A DNA stretch of 39,327 nt from assembly GCA_033696785.1 (NCBI GenBank), contig GCA_033696785.1_4550.1; one strand, 5' to 3'. Shown in pieces: positions 38,646-39,327 of this stretch (positions are counted from its first letter, which is position 1; every line of letters starts with the position of its first letter). The position numbers and the translations under genes were made by a program. The stretch is from a phage. The notes below the pieces were generated by a model. The model saw only the letters and a program-made list of their open reading frames with translations, ran no database searches and was not told the DNA's origin.

Positions 38646-39211
38646 TAGTCCCTCCCGATGTCAGACATCATGTTGTAGCGACCAGTGTCCATCTCATACT
38701 CCATAACCTGCTGATAGAGTTCTGCTTCCTGCTCACGAAGGTATAGCTCTGACTCTGGGCTACCGAAGAACTTAGCGTTGAACTCACGGCTGGCTTTAGT
38801 GACGATGTAGTCCCTGAAGACCACAGGCATCTCAGAGAATGGTTTCATCTCCACAAGCTCTACCGTGATCGGGTCGGTGAAAGTGGTTGACTGAGTGGAT
38901 AGGTCGTACAGGTATCCACCCATGTTGCTGTAGTAGCTGGTGGCCCCAGCGGTCATTACACGGAGGTATGACGGCAGGAATCGAATCCTATTGTCTTGGA
39001 CATCAGGTGTCAGGACAGCAGCTTCGTTAATGTTAAAGTTCCATCCTTTAGCTTGGACCTGACGATTGACACGATGCAGGATACGTTGAGCATTCGAGAC
39101 GTCAGCGTTACCTTCGTCAAGCTGTAGTACTGCTGGTTCACCGATAGCAGCTAACATATCGTTGATGGCATCTAAGTCATCGTTAGCATTCAGTGGAATG
39201 TATTGAGACAT
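38645..39211 (-). CDS. Tail tubular protein A (T7 gp11 homolog)
   Basis: 188 aa with LAAIGEP, ANA.RIL, GYLYDL.TQST and FRDYIVTKASREFN matching T7 gp11. Confidence 0.95.
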   Translation of the reverse strand: MSQYIPLNANDDLDAINDMLAAIGEPAVLQLDEGNADVSNAQRILHRVNRQVQAKGWNFNINEAAVLTPDVQDNRIRFLPSYLRVMTAGATSYYSNMGGYLYDLSTQSTTFTDPITVELVEMKPFSEMPVVFRDYIVTKASREFNAKFFGSPESELYLREQEAELYQQVMEYEMDTGRYNMMSDIGRD

Positions 39212-39222
39212 AGGTTTACTCC

Positions 39223-39312
39223 TTAACGGTCATATGGGCTAGACGGTGAGCTGGGCAGCAGGTACGCCCAGAATAAGACGAATAGTGCTAACCCTGTGTA
39301 AATAAGGACCAT
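39223..39312 (-). CDS. Small hydrophobic peptide between T-phi and gene 11
   Basis: About 29 aa hand-translated (MVLIYTGLALFVLFWAYLLPSSPSSPYDR) behind a strong RBS (AAGGAGGGACT); its stop sits in the gene 11 RBS. Not in the ORF track. Confidence 0.35.
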   Translation of the reverse strand: MVLIYTGLALFVLFWAYLLPSSPSSPYDR

Positions 39313-39327
39313 AGTCCCTCCTTAAGC

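Overview
This 39,327-bp window is essentially a complete genome of a T7-like podophage, given as the reverse complement of the conventional map: every credible gene is on the minus strand. Reading the minus strand gives the T7 order: early region (Ocr/gp0.3, no recognisable gp0.7 kinase), RNA polymerase, ligase, gp2, SSB, endonuclease I, lysozyme, primase/helicase, DNA polymerase, exonuclease, portal, scaffold, capsid, T-phi terminator, tail tube A/B, internal virion proteins, tail fiber, holin, small terminase, spanins, large terminase. The assembly is circularly permuted: the two window ends join seamlessly (T-phi terminator at 1-40, then RBS and gene 11 at the 3' end of the window), and the physical termini must lie in the repeat-rich non-coding stretch at about 21.9-22.5 kb. 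Twelve phage-RNAP promoters share a consensus unlike T7, T3, SP6 or K11 (minus strand 5'-ACTAAACTATCACT(A/G)TAGG-3'), and the polymerase specificity loop differs accordingly. Accessory content worth attention: four paralogous HNH endonucleases (one frameshifted) plus an Endonuclease-VII-like mini-ORF, an orphan 152-aa gene between endonuclease I and lysozyme, a tail fiber with an SGNH/GDSL esterase domain, a phage promoter directly upstream of the polymerase gene, and uncharacterised early genes where the kinase would sit. All calls come from reading the sequence and recalled T7 protein and signal sequences; no database search was run. Hand-derived coordinates (not from the ORF track) may be off by 1-2 nt; in one place (near 17220) my reading of the text and the ORF track disagreed by one base.
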